DNA of 64,000 bases, from assembly GCA_963796105.1 (NCBI GenBank), contig CAWCKJ010000004.1, forward strand, positions 512,001-576,000, read 5' to 3'. The stretch is from a candidate division FCPU426 bacterium. GTDB lineage: Bacteria > Oederibacteriota > Muellerivitia > Muellerivitales > Muellerivitaceae. Below are positions 47,545 to 57,755 of this stretch, in pieces. Every line of letters starts with the position of its first letter. Positions within the stretch are counted from its first letter, which is position 1. A program made the translations under genes and the position numbers. Under the pieces are notes generated by a model that searched no databases, had not been told where the DNA came from, and worked only from the letters and a program-made list of their open reading frames with translations.

Positions 47545-48048
47545 TCAGTAATCAAACTTCGGTTCTTTCACCTGGAACTGGGCTTGAGGGGTAGTCTTAG
47601 AGTTGGCGATCTTGTGTTGGAGTTTCATCACGGCTTCCAGGATGGCCTCTGGCCGGGGGGGACAGCCGGAAATGTAAACATCCACCGGTATCACCTGGTC
47701 GATCCCCTGAACGGTGCAGTAGTTGTTGTAAAACCCGCCGGAGGAGGCGCAAACTCCCATCGAAACAACCCACTTGGGATCAGACATTTGCTCATATACT
47801 TGTTTGAGAATTGGCGCCTGCTTGAAGGTGACGGTGCCTGCGACTAGGAGCAAGTCAGCTTGGCGGGGGGAAAACCGGATAAGTTCGGCCCCGAAGCGGG
47901 AGAGATCGAACACCGAGGCCGCCACGCTCATGAACTCAATGGCGCAGCAGGCGGTGCCGAAAGCCATGGGCCAAAGTGAGTTTTTCCGGCCCCAATCGGC
48001 CACCGCGTCCAGGCGGGTCGTGATAAAAGGAATTTCTTCTATTCCCAA
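47545..48048 (-). CDS. nuoB: NADH-quinone oxidoreductase subunit B
   Basis: FGTACCAIE, SPRQAD, MGVCASSGG, GCPPRPE; likely TTG start at 48048 overlapping the end of nuoA. Confidence 0.93.
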   Translation of the reverse strand: MGIEEIPFITTRLDAVADWGRKNSLWPMAFGTACCAIEFMSVAASVFDLSRFGAELIRFSPRQADLLLVAGTVTFKQAPILKQVYEQMSDPKWVVSMGVCASSGGFYNNYCTVQGIDQVIPVDVYISGCPPRPEAILEAVMKLQHKIANSKTTPQAQFQVKEPKFDY

Positions 48049-48416
48049 TCCAGCGCCCCCCTTTTCAGGAGGTAAAACCAGCCGAAAGCCAGCACCCCTA
48101 GGAATCCCATCATGGAAAAGAACCCGCCCCAGGCAAGCTTTTGGAAGACCGCCGCCCAGGGAAAAAGAAACACGATTTCCACGTCGAAAACCAGGAAACA
48201 CATGGCGACCAGGTAGAATTTGACGTTGAACCGATAGCGGGCGTCGCCCGCCTGGCCTGGGGGTTGAATTCCGCATTCATAAGTGGAGAGCTTGGCTTGA
48301 TTGGGGTTGCGGGGCCCTAATAGGAGGGAGACGAGAAGCATGCCAGCGGGAACCAAGAGGGCAAGCGCGAAGGCCAAAACAAATGGGTATAAATTCTCCA
48401 TAAACCCGGAATTCAT
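48039..48416 (-). CDS. nuoA: NADH-quinone oxidoreductase subunit A
   Basis: YECG, FLVFDVE, terminal GALDWE. Confidence 0.93.
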   Translation of the reverse strand: MNSGFMENLYPFVLAFALALLVPAGMLLVSLLLGPRNPNQAKLSTYECGIQPPGQAGDARYRFNVKFYLVAMCFLVFDVEIVFLFPWAAVFQKLAWGGFFSMMGFLGVLAFGWFYLLKRGALDWE

Positions 48417-48484
48417 CGCGCTCCCCCCTGTTCCCAACACGTTCCCGCCTATTTTCCGCATAAAAGCCGGGACGTAAACAACGA

Positions 48485-48514
48485 ATTATAGGTTTTTCAT
48501 GGATAAAGGGTCAA
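48485..48514 (-). promoter_or_regulatory. Sigma70 promoter of the nuo operon, TTGACC-N18-TATAAT
   Basis: Near-consensus hexamers about 70 nt upstream of nuoA. Confidence 0.65.
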
Positions 48515-48631
48515 TGTGGGGCTGGTAATAAAACCTACATGAGACCATGGGAATGGACAAAAGCGATGGGATTTAAACAGAGGTGAATTGGTTCAAAGAC
48601 CTATGTGTTTGCGTTTTAAGGGTTTAATCAC

Positions 48632-49186
48632 TTAAATGAAAGAATAGCCCACCAGGAATGTAAGGGTTCCATTCTGAAGATTGGCTTTATTCTCAACGTT
48701 TTGAAGGCCCAATTCATACCGCCCGCTGATGATCAATTTGTCGAAATCCAGTTCCACCCCGCCGATCAAGCCTGTGTCAAAGCTGTTCACACCGCTCAGG
48801 TTATTGGAAAGTACATTCTCGCTGAAAGCCGGTCCCAGGAGGATGGCCGGGTTGACGACGGGGGTTCCGAGTGAAAGCTTCACGAGAATTGGAACTTCCA
48901 GGTAATCCAATTCGCTGGTAGTGGACTCCCCCGCGATCTTGGCCCCTTTTTGCTCATATAAAATCTCAGGCCTAATGGAGAAATTGTTGCCGAAGTTCAA
49001 GCCCAAAAACCCGCCCCCGGCAAAACCCAAACGGGAGTCGGTTAATTTTGTTTTGGAAACATCATCCCCGATGAAATTGGCGAAATTCGCCCCAGCTTCC
49101 AGTCCCAAGTTGAAGGTCTGGGCCGAAGCCCGGCAAACCAATAAACCTGCAATTAAAAAAGCCGTGGTCATAATTCTCAATTTCAT
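48632..49186 (-). CDS. Outer-membrane beta-barrel (porin-family / PorT-like) protein
   Basis: Signal peptide ending ASA; amphipathic strands (IRPEILYEQKG, LDYLEVPILVK); terminal GYSFI; RBS AAGGAG. Confidence 0.82.
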   Translation of the reverse strand: MKLRIMTTAFLIAGLLVCRASAQTFNLGLEAGANFANFIGDDVSKTKLTDSRLGFAGGGFLGLNFGNNFSIRPEILYEQKGAKIAGESTTSELDYLEVPILVKLSLGTPVVNPAILLGPAFSENVLSNNLSGVNSFDTGLIGGVELDFDKLIISGRYELGLQNVENKANLQNGTLTFLVGYSFI

Positions 49187-49219
49187 TCTCTTTCTCCTTT
49201 GATCCTTTAGTGGCATACC

Positions 49220-49250
49220 CATTAGACGTGCCAACGAAAAGGAAGGTTTC
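49220..49250 (-). promoter_or_regulatory. ECF-sigma-type promoter GAAACC-N16-CGTCTAATG
   Basis: Same motif and spacing as 11304-11334. Confidence 0.55.
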
Positions 49251-49255
49251 TCCAC

Positions 49256-50701
49256 TTATTTGGCTTTCTTGGACCACTCAGTATGCAGGAAACCCATCTC
49301 CGGATGGTCCGTCCTCTGGTAGGTATGGGCCCCGAAGAAATCCCTTTGGGCCTGGGTGAGGTTCTGGGGCAGATCCGCCGTTCGGTAGCTGTCGAAATAG
49401 GCCAAGCTGGCGCCCATGGCGGGAACCGGGATTCCCAGGGACACTGCCGTTGATACCACCTTGCGCCAGCTTCCCTGGGTGGATTCCACTTGTTTCCTGA
49501 ATGAGTCGTCCAAAAGAAGCGAGGGAAGGTTGGGATCGCGGTCATAGGCCTTCATGATCTCGTCCAAAAGCCTCGCGCGGATGATACAGCCCCCCTTCCA
49601 AATGCGGGCCATTTCCTTGAGGTTGACGTTCCAATGGTACTCGTCCGAGGCCGCCTTGATGAGGCGCATGCCCTGGGTGTAGGAGCATATCTTGGAATCG
49701 TACAAGGCGTCCCGGACCGCGTCGATGAGTTCCTGCTTGGCCGGCTTATCGGACGATATCCCCGTGCCCTTGATTTTCGTGGAAACCTTGACCCTCTCTT
49801 CTTTCATGGAGGATAAGGACCTCGCGTCGATGGCCGCGGCGATGGTGGGAATGGGAACTCCCAGGTCTAGGGCGATCTGGACGGTCCACTTCCCCGTGCC
49901 CTTTTGTCCCGCCTTGTCCAACACCATGTCCACCAGGGGATTGTCCGTCTCGTCATCCTTCACGGTGAAAACTTTGGCGGTAAGCTCGATCAGGAAGGAA
50001 TCCAGCAGGCCCTTGTTCCATCCCGCGAAAATTTCCCCCAGTTCCCGTGCCTTCAAGCCCAGGCCTTTGCGGAGGATGTCGTAAGCCTCGGCGATCAACT
50101 GCATATCGCCGTACTCGATGCCGTTGTGGACCATCTTGACGAAATGGCCCGCCCCGTCCGGGCCCACGTGGGTCACGCAGGGCCCGGAGTCGGTCTTGGC
50201 GGAGATGGCCTCGAACACGGGCCGCACGAATTCGTAGGCCTTGGGGCTTCCCCCCGGCATGATGGAGGGCCCGAAGCGCGCCCCTTCCTCTCCCCCCGAA
50301 ACGCCCGCCCCGAAGAAAAAGAAACCCTCCCGGGTCAATTCCGCCTCCCGGCGCTGGGTGTCCTTGAACCAGGAATTGCCCCCGTCAATGACGATATCCC
50401 CTTTGGAAAGGAGGGGTTTCAACTTCTGGATAGTTTCATCCACCGGATCCCCGGCCTTGATCATGAGCATCACGCGCCGGGGAGGTTTCAAGGATTTCAC
50501 GAATTCCTCCAGGGAATAGGCGCCGATGAATTTTTTTCCGGGATACTTTTTCATAAAGGGGTTGACCCGGTCGCTGTGATGGTTGTACACCGCCACGCTG
50601 AAACCGTGGTCCTCGATGTTCAGGGCCAGGTTCTCCCCCATGACCGCGATCCCCAGGACGCCAAAATCCGCCTGTTTCAATGGTTGATCCTGTGACGCCA
50701 T
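49256..50701 (-). CDS. gnd: 6-phosphogluconate dehydrogenase, decarboxylating
   Basis: GIAVMGENL, GVSGGEEGA, KMVHNGIEYGDMQ, QAQRDFFGAHTY. Confidence 0.96.
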   Translation of the reverse strand: MASQDQPLKQADFGVLGIAVMGENLALNIEDHGFSVAVYNHHSDRVNPFMKKYPGKKFIGAYSLEEFVKSLKPPRRVMLMIKAGDPVDETIQKLKPLLSKGDIVIDGGNSWFKDTQRREAELTREGFFFFGAGVSGGEEGARFGPSIMPGGSPKAYEFVRPVFEAISAKTDSGPCVTHVGPDGAGHFVKMVHNGIEYGDMQLIAEAYDILRKGLGLKARELGEIFAGWNKGLLDSFLIELTAKVFTVKDDETDNPLVDMVLDKAGQKGTGKWTVQIALDLGVPIPTIAAAIDARSLSSMKEERVKVSTKIKGTGISSDKPAKQELIDAVRDALYDSKICSYTQGMRLIKAASDEYHWNVNLKEMARIWKGGCIIRARLLDEIMKAYDRDPNLPSLLLDDSFRKQVESTQGSWRKVVSTAVSLGIPVPAMGASLAYFDSYRTADLPQNLTQAQRDFFGAHTYQRTDHPEMGFLHTEWSKKAK

Positions 50702-50828
50702 AGCCTGTCCTCCCTTAGTTGTATCGTGCGCGGCATTTTAGCATGAAGGTAATCCGAAAACCGAAAGCCCAGCGGGCTATAATAATAAAACCTTCCCGCG
50801 CCGATTCGGGACTATCGGGAGCGAGTGA

Positions 50829-52910
50829 TTGTTGAAAATCTCCTCAAGTTTGGGCCCTTTAAACCTTTTTATCCTTTATTTGCTCTTGCTGGTGACTTAC
50901 GGAATTTGGCTCGCTCACGGGCTTCCGTTCCATATCGATACCCTCGTTTACGACTACCCAGAGCGGTCCTTAAATCTGCAAAACCTCCAGGAGGGCTGGA
51001 TTCCCTTATGGAATCCTTATATTTCCTGCGGCATACCGCATCTGGCCAATTGGCAATCCGCTGTCTTTTATCCCCCCTATTGGCTCCTGCGCTTTACGGG
51101 AGTTCAACAAGGCTTGGTCTGGATCGCCCTCCTTCATTGCGCCTGGGCTTACGCCGGTTTTTACCTCTGGGCCCGCTCCCAAAAAGTTTCAACCTGGGTC
51201 AGCGCCTTGGGCGCGCTCTCTTTCGCGGGGTCGGCCCATCTCACTCTTTGCTGGGTCAATCTTCACTTCATCTCGACCGCGATCTGGATACCCTGGGCTT
51301 TTTACTCCATCCACCTGGTCCTTCGTGAGAAACAATGGCGGTGGATGTTGGCGGCGGCCGGAGTCATCAGCTTCCAATTGTTGGCGGGATATCCCCTATT
51401 TGTTTTCTATACCTGGCTGTCCCTCACGGTTTGGCTGGCGTTTCAAAAAATTCACTTCCAGGATTGGGTTCGGATCAAACTGGTCTTTGTCATTGCGTTG
51501 GCCTTTACCTCCTTCCAATGGCTTCCATTCCTGGAATTCCTGACTTACGCCAAAAGAGGGGGCTGGGACCTTTATCCCTACTACACCCATGGCCGGGAAT
51601 TCCTGACGCTTCTTCAACCGCGCCTCCTGGGATTTCCCGGTTCCAACTCCTACCAAGCCAACCCCGCCAATTCCATCTATGGTGATCTCTATTTCGGGCT
51701 GATTCCCCTTATGCTCTGGGCCGCCAGCCTCATCTGGAAAAGAAAGGGGTTTTCTCTTTGGGGTTGGTCTGCCCTCGCCGGGTTGGCTTGGCTGGCTGGA
51801 CCTTATTTCCCGCTTCTGGGATTCGTTCCGGCAAAAGCCCTGGAACTTTTGGAGCCTTCCAAGGCCGTGTCGGTCTTTTTGTTCACCGCCTGTACCGCCG
51901 CCTGTCTTTCAGCGGATGGCTTCGTTTCCGGTTTCAAGAAAAGCCCTTTAATCCGGATGGGTTTGGGCCTGGCGGCTCTTCTTTGGGTGGTGGACATGGG
52001 GCGGCTTCCCTTTGAGCTGGTTTTGAAAACGCCGGATTATTTCGGGGATGCAACCATAGGACAAAACGCTCAAAAACTTCGGCAATGGGCGGAGGACAAA
52101 AGGATGCTCGCGATTCAATCCCCGGACCGGTTAACGGCGGGAGGCGGGAAATTAAAGGATGTGCTCGGCGGCGAACTATTGGGCTCCTGTGTAAAAAACT
52201 TCCTTCCCAACACCAATGCGGTTTGGGGTATCCGATCCCCCAGTTCCTACCTCTCGCTCTATACCGACAGCTCCCTCAATCTGGATAAATACGCCGCCAA
52301 GGGTTTTCCATTTCTAGGGGATCTTTTGGATATCGCGGGGGTCCGGTTGTTTCTCCTACCCCAGAGCTTGCCTCGCTCAAAATTCAAGGACCTGGGGTTT
52401 TGGGCCGGAAACACCTTGAGCCTGAATCCCCGCGCGTCCGAGGACATGAGGTGGGTTCCAATGGCTTCGGGATATCCCAGCCGGCCTGAAATCCTGAATA
52501 TCCTGGCCAAACCCAACAGCGGGTGGGAAAAGAAGGTTTACCTTGAAAAAAATAACGACGGAACCAGCGTTCAACTCGAACCGGTCAATCGCGCGGGAAT
52601 TTTCCCCGCGGTGAAGGATTACCAACGCCCTTGCGCTTCCCGGGCTTCTGTGGGCGTACCGGAATGTAATAATGGTTTTTTGGTTTTCAACGAGAGTTTT
52701 GCGCCCGGGTGGCACGCCTGGGTAGATGGAAAACCCACTCCCATCTTGAGAGCCTACGGATTGTTCATGGCGGTTCAGGTGATGAATGGATCACAACAGG
52801 TGGATTTCCGTTTTGAGCCAGTTTCCTTCCGTTTGGGGTTTTTTATTACCTTGGCTACCTATTTTGTTCTATTGTCCTCATTGGGTATCAGGAATTTTTT
52901 AAATGATTAA
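50829..52910 (+). CDS. YfhO-family GT-C membrane protein
   Basis: PLWNPY..CG.P..AN.Q..VFYP; C-terminal LVFNESFAPGWHAWVDG...V.FRFEP. Confidence 0.85.
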   Translation: MLKISSSLGPLNLFILYLLLLVTYGIWLAHGLPFHIDTLVYDYPERSLNLQNLQEGWIPLWNPYISCGIPHLANWQSAVFYPPYWLLRFTGVQQGLVWIALLHCAWAYAGFYLWARSQKVSTWVSALGALSFAGSAHLTLCWVNLHFISTAIWIPWAFYSIHLVLREKQWRWMLAAAGVISFQLLAGYPLFVFYTWLSLTVWLAFQKIHFQDWVRIKLVFVIALAFTSFQWLPFLEFLTYAKRGGWDLYPYYTHGREFLTLLQPRLLGFPGSNSYQANPANSIYGDLYFGLIPLMLWAASLIWKRKGFSLWGWSALAGLAWLAGPYFPLLGFVPAKALELLEPSKAVSVFLFTACTAACLSADGFVSGFKKSPLIRMGLGLAALLWVVDMGRLPFELVLKTPDYFGDATIGQNAQKLRQWAEDKRMLAIQSPDRLTAGGGKLKDVLGGELLGSCVKNFLPNTNAVWGIRSPSSYLSLYTDSSLNLDKYAAKGFPFLGDLLDIAGVRLFLLPQSLPRSKFKDLGFWAGNTLSLNPRASEDMRWVPMASGYPSRPEILNILAKPNSGWEKKVYLEKNNDGTSVQLEPVNRAGIFPAVKDYQRPCASRASVGVPECNNGFLVFNESFAPGWHAWVDGKPTPILRAYGLFMAVQVMNGSQQVDFRFEPVSFRLGFFITLATYFVLLSSLGIRNFLND

Positions 52911-52918
52911 TTTTAAAT

Positions 52919-53923
52919 TTAAGGTAACTGATCCGGGACGAGGTCCACTTCTTTCAAGGCGGCTTTCAACCCTCCCGCCACATCCTTGGGGACATCCAAG
53001 GCCCAGAAATCCAAGAAGAAAAGCCTGGGGCTTTCCTGAACCAGCCTGTGATGGATGGCCGTCACGGTGATCCGATTCTGGGACAAGGCTTCCATGACAG
53101 GTTCCAACTCATCGGTTGTCAGGACGAATTCCCCGGCCGCGGCCAGAAGTTTCCCCTTTTGTTGAAATTGAATCGTAATGGCCGTACCCATCAAAGGAGG
53201 GATTTCTTCCCCATCCTCCTCAATCGCGTCCGCCCGGGCAAAATGGTATTTCAAAAGCCCGCCATCCTCCTCCCCCGCGCCCAAGCGGGTCTTGACCATA
53301 TCCCAAATCTTTTTTGATGGAGCGCTATTCACTTGCGAGGACGCCGGAAGGGGTTTTCCCTCAGGGGTTGGGGGCGTTACCGTCGGAAGAGGGTTTGAAA
53401 CCTGTGAAACGGGGGTCCCGGTGTGATAAAGGGCTTCCCGGAGCGTTTCCGCCAGTTGGGATCTTGGCCCGTGGGCGGTGAAAGAGAGGCTTTCCAAGGC
53501 CGGGGATTCATGCAAAAGGGGATGGGAGAGGTCCGTCACTTGGAAGCCGTGGCGGATCAGGGTCAGGATGACTTTCGGAACCTCCTGGTCCAGCAACACC
53601 AGGTTACCCACCAAGAGGGTCCCTTTGAGTGGCTTTTTCGAAGTCCCTTTTTCGCCTTCAACCTTGTCCGGTGTGTTTGCCAAAGCCTTTTTGCCGCTGA
53701 TGGGTTTAAAGGAAAACCAGCTGGCGGTGGCCAGGCCTGGGTCCACCGATACGCCTGATACCAGCACATTCAAGTCAGTCCGGGGAATGGAGACCCTCAG
53801 GATTTCCCCCTCCGCCACCCCTGAGCGTCCCAGGATCTTCTCAACCGACTGCCACTCGGAACAAACCCCCGGGGAGGAACAAAGAACCCAGCCGAGAAGG
53901 GTAAACGGGATCCAGTTTTTCAT
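52919..53923 (-). CDS. DUF1259 (LppY/LpqO-like) double-domain secreted protein
   Basis: Two repeats of G.LVL...E...V...L...G..VT...H....E.P; signal peptide. Confidence 0.8.
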   Translation of the reverse strand: MKNWIPFTLLGWVLCSSPGVCSEWQSVEKILGRSGVAEGEILRVSIPRTDLNVLVSGVSVDPGLATASWFSFKPISGKKALANTPDKVEGEKGTSKKPLKGTLLVGNLVLLDQEVPKVILTLIRHGFQVTDLSHPLLHESPALESLSFTAHGPRSQLAETLREALYHTGTPVSQVSNPLPTVTPPTPEGKPLPASSQVNSAPSKKIWDMVKTRLGAGEEDGGLLKYHFARADAIEEDGEEIPPLMGTAITIQFQQKGKLLAAAGEFVLTTDELEPVMEALSQNRITVTAIHHRLVQESPRLFFLDFWALDVPKDVAGGLKAALKEVDLVPDQLP

Positions 53924-54216
53924 CGAGTCCTCCCGCCAAAATTGACAACTGAATGTAAACTTCGGGTAAAATTTCCCCGGTGTCTTGGCCTGGATACCAA
54001 CTGAAGTATATCCTCCCTCACGGCTGGCGTGCCTTCATTTAAAGAACTTTTTTCTTTTCCATCAGCTCTCTCAGGCTTATGATTTTCAAGAGATTTTGAT
54101 CTTTTCAATTTCAAAAAGGCGGACGCCCATTCCGGCGTCACCCGCCAATCAATCTGGGCCCAAAAGGGTTATGCGGCAGGACCCATCTCAAACCGGCGGA
54201 AAAAGGCCTCTGAGCC

Positions 54217-56005
54217 ATGGAACATAAAAATACAAACACCGGCAAAGGCCCTTATTCCATCGGGAAAATCTGGGGGGAGGCCACTTCCTTCCTCACCCGC
54301 TACCATAAGATCTGGTGGATCGACCTCTCCCTGCTTCTGGGTTTGATCGGCCTGATCTTCGGGATCATGAACGTGGCCGGCGAGTGGACCGGCGTGCACC
54401 GGCCCACCGTGGAGATCGACCTGTCCCCCTGGGCCCTTCCCAAGTACACCTTCTTTTCCCTCTGCCGGGGACTTTTGGCCTACATCATCTCCCTGGTTTT
54501 CACGATCGCCTACGGCTATTGGGCGGCGAAGGACCATGTGGCTGAAAAGGTGCTCATTCCCATGCTGGATATCCTGCAAAGCATTCCGGTCCTGGGTTTC
54601 ATGCCGGGGCTGGTCCTGGCCCTCATGGCCATTTTCCCTGACAGCAACATCGGCCTGGAATTGGCGGCGGTCATCATGATCTTCACGGGCCAGGCCTGGA
54701 ACATGACCTTCAGTTTCTACCAGTCGCTCCGGTCCATCCCGCAGTACCTGCTGGAAGCCGCGGCCGTTTACAAGTTCAACTGGCTCCAGAAATCCCTCAA
54801 GCTGGAGCTTCCCTTCTCGGCCATTGGACTCATCTGGAATAGCATGATGAGCATGGCGGGCGGCTGGTTCTTCCTCACCGTCAGCGAGGCCTTCCAGTTG
54901 GGGGACAAGGATTTCCGCCTCCCCGGCCTGGGTTCCTACATGAGCGTGGCCAACGACAAGGGCGACGGCTGGGCCAAACTTTGGGGCATCATCGCCATGG
55001 TTTTAATGATTGTTTTCCTGGACCAGTTCCTCTGGCGGCCCCTGGTGGTTTGGGGGCAGAAATTCCGGGTGGAGGAAGGGGCCCAGGAGGAAAACATGAA
55101 ATCTTGGTTCCTGGAATTCCTCGAGCGTTCCGAGATCATCCATTTTATCGGGCGCCTGTTCCGGCGCAGACCCAAAACAACCGACGCGGTTCCAGCCCCG
55201 GACAGGCTCCGGGCCGAGCCCGCCATGCCGCCGACTCCGGGGGCTCCCAACAAACTCATGAAAACAGTCTCGGTGTTGGCTTTCACTTCGCTGGTGGGAA
55301 TCATGTTATTCGGCGCTTGGAAAATCATCCTTCTTTTCTCCCAGGTTCACCTGGAGCAATGGAGCCTCATCCTAGGGGAGGCCTCCGCGAGTCTGGGGCG
55401 GGTCCTGACGGCGGTGGGACTTTCCGCGCTTTGGGCGATCCCTATCGGGCTTTGGATCGGGCTTTCCCCCCGTCTCTCCCGCGTGGCCCAGCCCTTCGTG
55501 CAGGTGGCGGCGTCCTTTCCCGCGCCCATGCTTTTTTCCTACGTCATCATCGTCTTGAAATTCATGGGGATCTCCTTGAATTGGGGGAGCCATCGCGCTC
55601 ATGATCCTGGGAGCCCAGTGGTATATTCTTTTTAACGTGGTGGCGGGAGCCATGGCCATCCCCTCGGACCTGTTGGAGGCGGCCCGCATGTACCGCATGA
55701 GGGGATGGGACCTGTTCTGGAAAGTTAAAATGCCGGGCATTTTCCCTTACCTGGTCACTGGCATGGTCACCTCAGCCGGCGGCACTTGGAACGCCAGTAT
55801 CGTGGCGGAGTACGTGACGGACAAGGGGAAAACCTTGACGGCCTACGGCCTGGGTTCCCAGATCAGCATCGCGGCAAGCAAATCAGACCTTCCCATGCTG
55901 GCAGCCAGCGTTGTGGTCATGTCGTTGATGGTGGTGACTTTCAACCGCCTGGTTTGGAAGCGGCTTTACCGTCTGGCGGAGGAGAAGTACTCGCTTAGCA
56001 AGTAA
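54217..56005 (+). pseudogene. NitT/TauT-family ABC permease (double domain) with a +1 frameshift near 55590 (real lesion or sequencing error)
   Basis: LDILQSIPVLGF, QAWNMTFSFYQS. Removing one C in AGCCATC restores NWGSIALMILGAQWYILFN and joins ORFs 54217 and 55601. Confidence 0.85.
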
Positions 56006-56008
56006 CTC

Positions 56009-56131
56009 CGAAGTTGCGTTAGCAACTTCGAATTATTAGTTTTGAATTTTAAGTTTTAAATGTTGGAAAGATTTCCGGTGTTCGGAAATCCTCAATAATT
56101 TAGAATTCAAAATTAATCATTTAAAATTTGT
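56009..56131. repeat. Intra-operon palindromic element: two hairpins plus oppositely oriented heptamer arrays
   Basis: CGAAGTTGC-GTTA-GCAACTTCG (56009-56030); GATTTCCG-N5-CGGAAATC (56070-56090) flanked by AATTYAA-like arrays. Confidence 0.7.
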
Positions 56132-56147
56132 TCGCGGGGGGGTTTTT

Positions 56148-57656
56148 ATGGCGGTAAACATCGCGGAAGTCCAGGCCAAGCAGAAACTCATCGAGGTCAA
56201 GAACGTCAGCCAGGAATTCTCTCTCCCCAACGGAAAGTCCCTGAAAGTCCTGGAAAACATCGATTTGTTCGTGAATTCCAGGGAGGTCGTGACCTTCCTG
56301 GGACCATCCGGCTGCGGCAAATCCACGCTCCTTCGCATCCTGGCAGGCTTGATCCCCCCCACGAAGGGCCAGGTCTTCTACCACGACCGCCCCTTGAACG
56401 GCTTGAACACCGGGGTTTCCATCGTATTCCAGAGTTTCGCGCTCTTCCCCTGGATGACCGTCATGGAGAACATCCAGACAGCCCTGAAGTCCCGCGGATT
56501 TCCCGCTGGGGAGATCGACGACCGGGCCCAAAAAGCCGTCCACATGGTGGGTCTGGCCGGATTCGAGGATACCTATCCCCGGGAATTGTCCGGCGGGATG
56601 AAACAGCGCGTCGGCATCGCCCGGGCCTTGTCGGTGGACCCGGAAATCCTCTTCATGGATGAGCCCTTCAGCCACGTGGACGCCCTGACGGCCGAGTCAC
56701 TGAGGGCGGAAGTCATCGACATTTGGGCCGCCCAGGACCGCAACCCCTCCTCCATCCTCATGGTCAGCCACGACATCCCCGAGGTGGTTTACATGGCCGA
56801 CCGGATCGTTCTACTCTCCGCCAACCCGGGAAGGCTCGTGAAAATCGTCGAGAATCCCCTTCCCCGGCCCCGGGATTACCGTTCCCCCGACTTCAACCGC
56901 CTGGTCGAGCAATTGCATGAAATCATCACGGGCCATGAGATTCCCGACGAGCCCCAGATGGAACTCATCCCCAACGTGATGCCCCCGGCCGAGTCCCTTC
57001 CCGACACCATTCCGGGGGAAATCGTGGGCGTTCTGGAATACCTGGACGCCCGCGAAGGCAAGGAGGACGTGTTCCGGATCGCCGCGGAAACCGACAAGGA
57101 ATTCGGCTCCGTCATCAAGGCCGTCAAGGCTGCGGAGCTACTGGATTTCGTGGACACGCCCAAGCGCATGGTGGTGTTGACGCCCGACGGACAGCGTTTC
57201 ATGAAGGCCACGAGCCAGGAGAGGCAGAACATCTGGAAGGAACAGCTCCTGAAACTCAGGCTTTTCAAGCAGGTGAACGACATGCTCTCCAAGCATCCCC
57301 GCATGAAACTGGACGCGGAGCTGGTGCAGGAGGTCATTATTCTCAACCTGCCAGCGGAGAACTACGAGAAAACTTTCGAGACATTCGTGCAATGGGCCAT
57401 GTACGGGAACCTTTTCGCCTATGACGAGGACACCCAGAAGCTTTTCTTCCCCCGCAAACGGCCCTCCAGGTCAAAGCCGAAGGGGGAACCTAAACAGGCC
57501 GTCAACGGAAAAGCTTCCGAGGTCCGGGCGGATGCCCAGCCATCCTCAAGCCAGCCGTTAAACGGGGAGGCTTCAAAAACCGGCGCGCCTCCCGCTCCGG
57601 AAACGGCCGCCGCCGAGACCCCCTCTTCCAGCGAATCCAACCCGCCCATGGCCTGA
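56148..57656 (+). CDS. NitT/TauT-family ABC ATPase with C-terminal AAA-associated domain
   Basis: [26 protein letters not shown]; long C-terminal extension. Confidence 0.92.
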   Translation: MAVNIAEVQAKQKLIEVKNVSQEFSLPNGKSLKVLENIDLFVNSREVVTFLGPSGCGKSTLLRILAGLIPPTKGQVFYHDRPLNGLNTGVSIVFQSFALFPWMTVMENIQTALKSRGFPAGEIDDRAQKAVHMVGLAGFEDTYPRELSGGMKQRVGIARALSVDPEILFMDEPFSHVDALTAESLRAEVIDIWAAQDRNPSSILMVSHDIPEVVYMADRIVLLSANPGRLVKIVENPLPRPRDYRSPDFNRLVEQLHEIITGHEIPDEPQMELIPNVMPPAESLPDTIPGEIVGVLEYLDAREGKEDVFRIAAETDKEFGSVIKAVKAAELLDFVDTPKRMVVLTPDGQRFMKATSQERQNIWKEQLLKLRLFKQVNDMLSKHPRMKLDAELVQEVIILNLPAENYEKTFETFVQWAMYGNLFAYDEDTQKLFFPRKRPSRSKPKGEPKQAVNGKASEVRADAQPSSSQPLNGEASKTGAPPAPETAAAETPSSSESNPPMA

Positions 57657-57755
57657 GCCGCCGCAAGCGGGCTCTTCCCGCGGTGAAAATCGTTTTTTTT
57701 AACCGTGACGGTGCTAAACTGTCGGCGTTTTCAACCTTCTTTTGAAAGGGGATCT

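Noticed and set aside
45665..48048. Group 4 NiFe hydrogenase instead of complex I
   Set aside because: The large subunit lacks CxxC nickel ligands, NuoB has tandem CC, and NuoEFG are present.
48049..48276. N-terminal extension of NuoB (243-aa ORF)
   Set aside because: Overlaps nuoA in another frame; homology starts near 48048.
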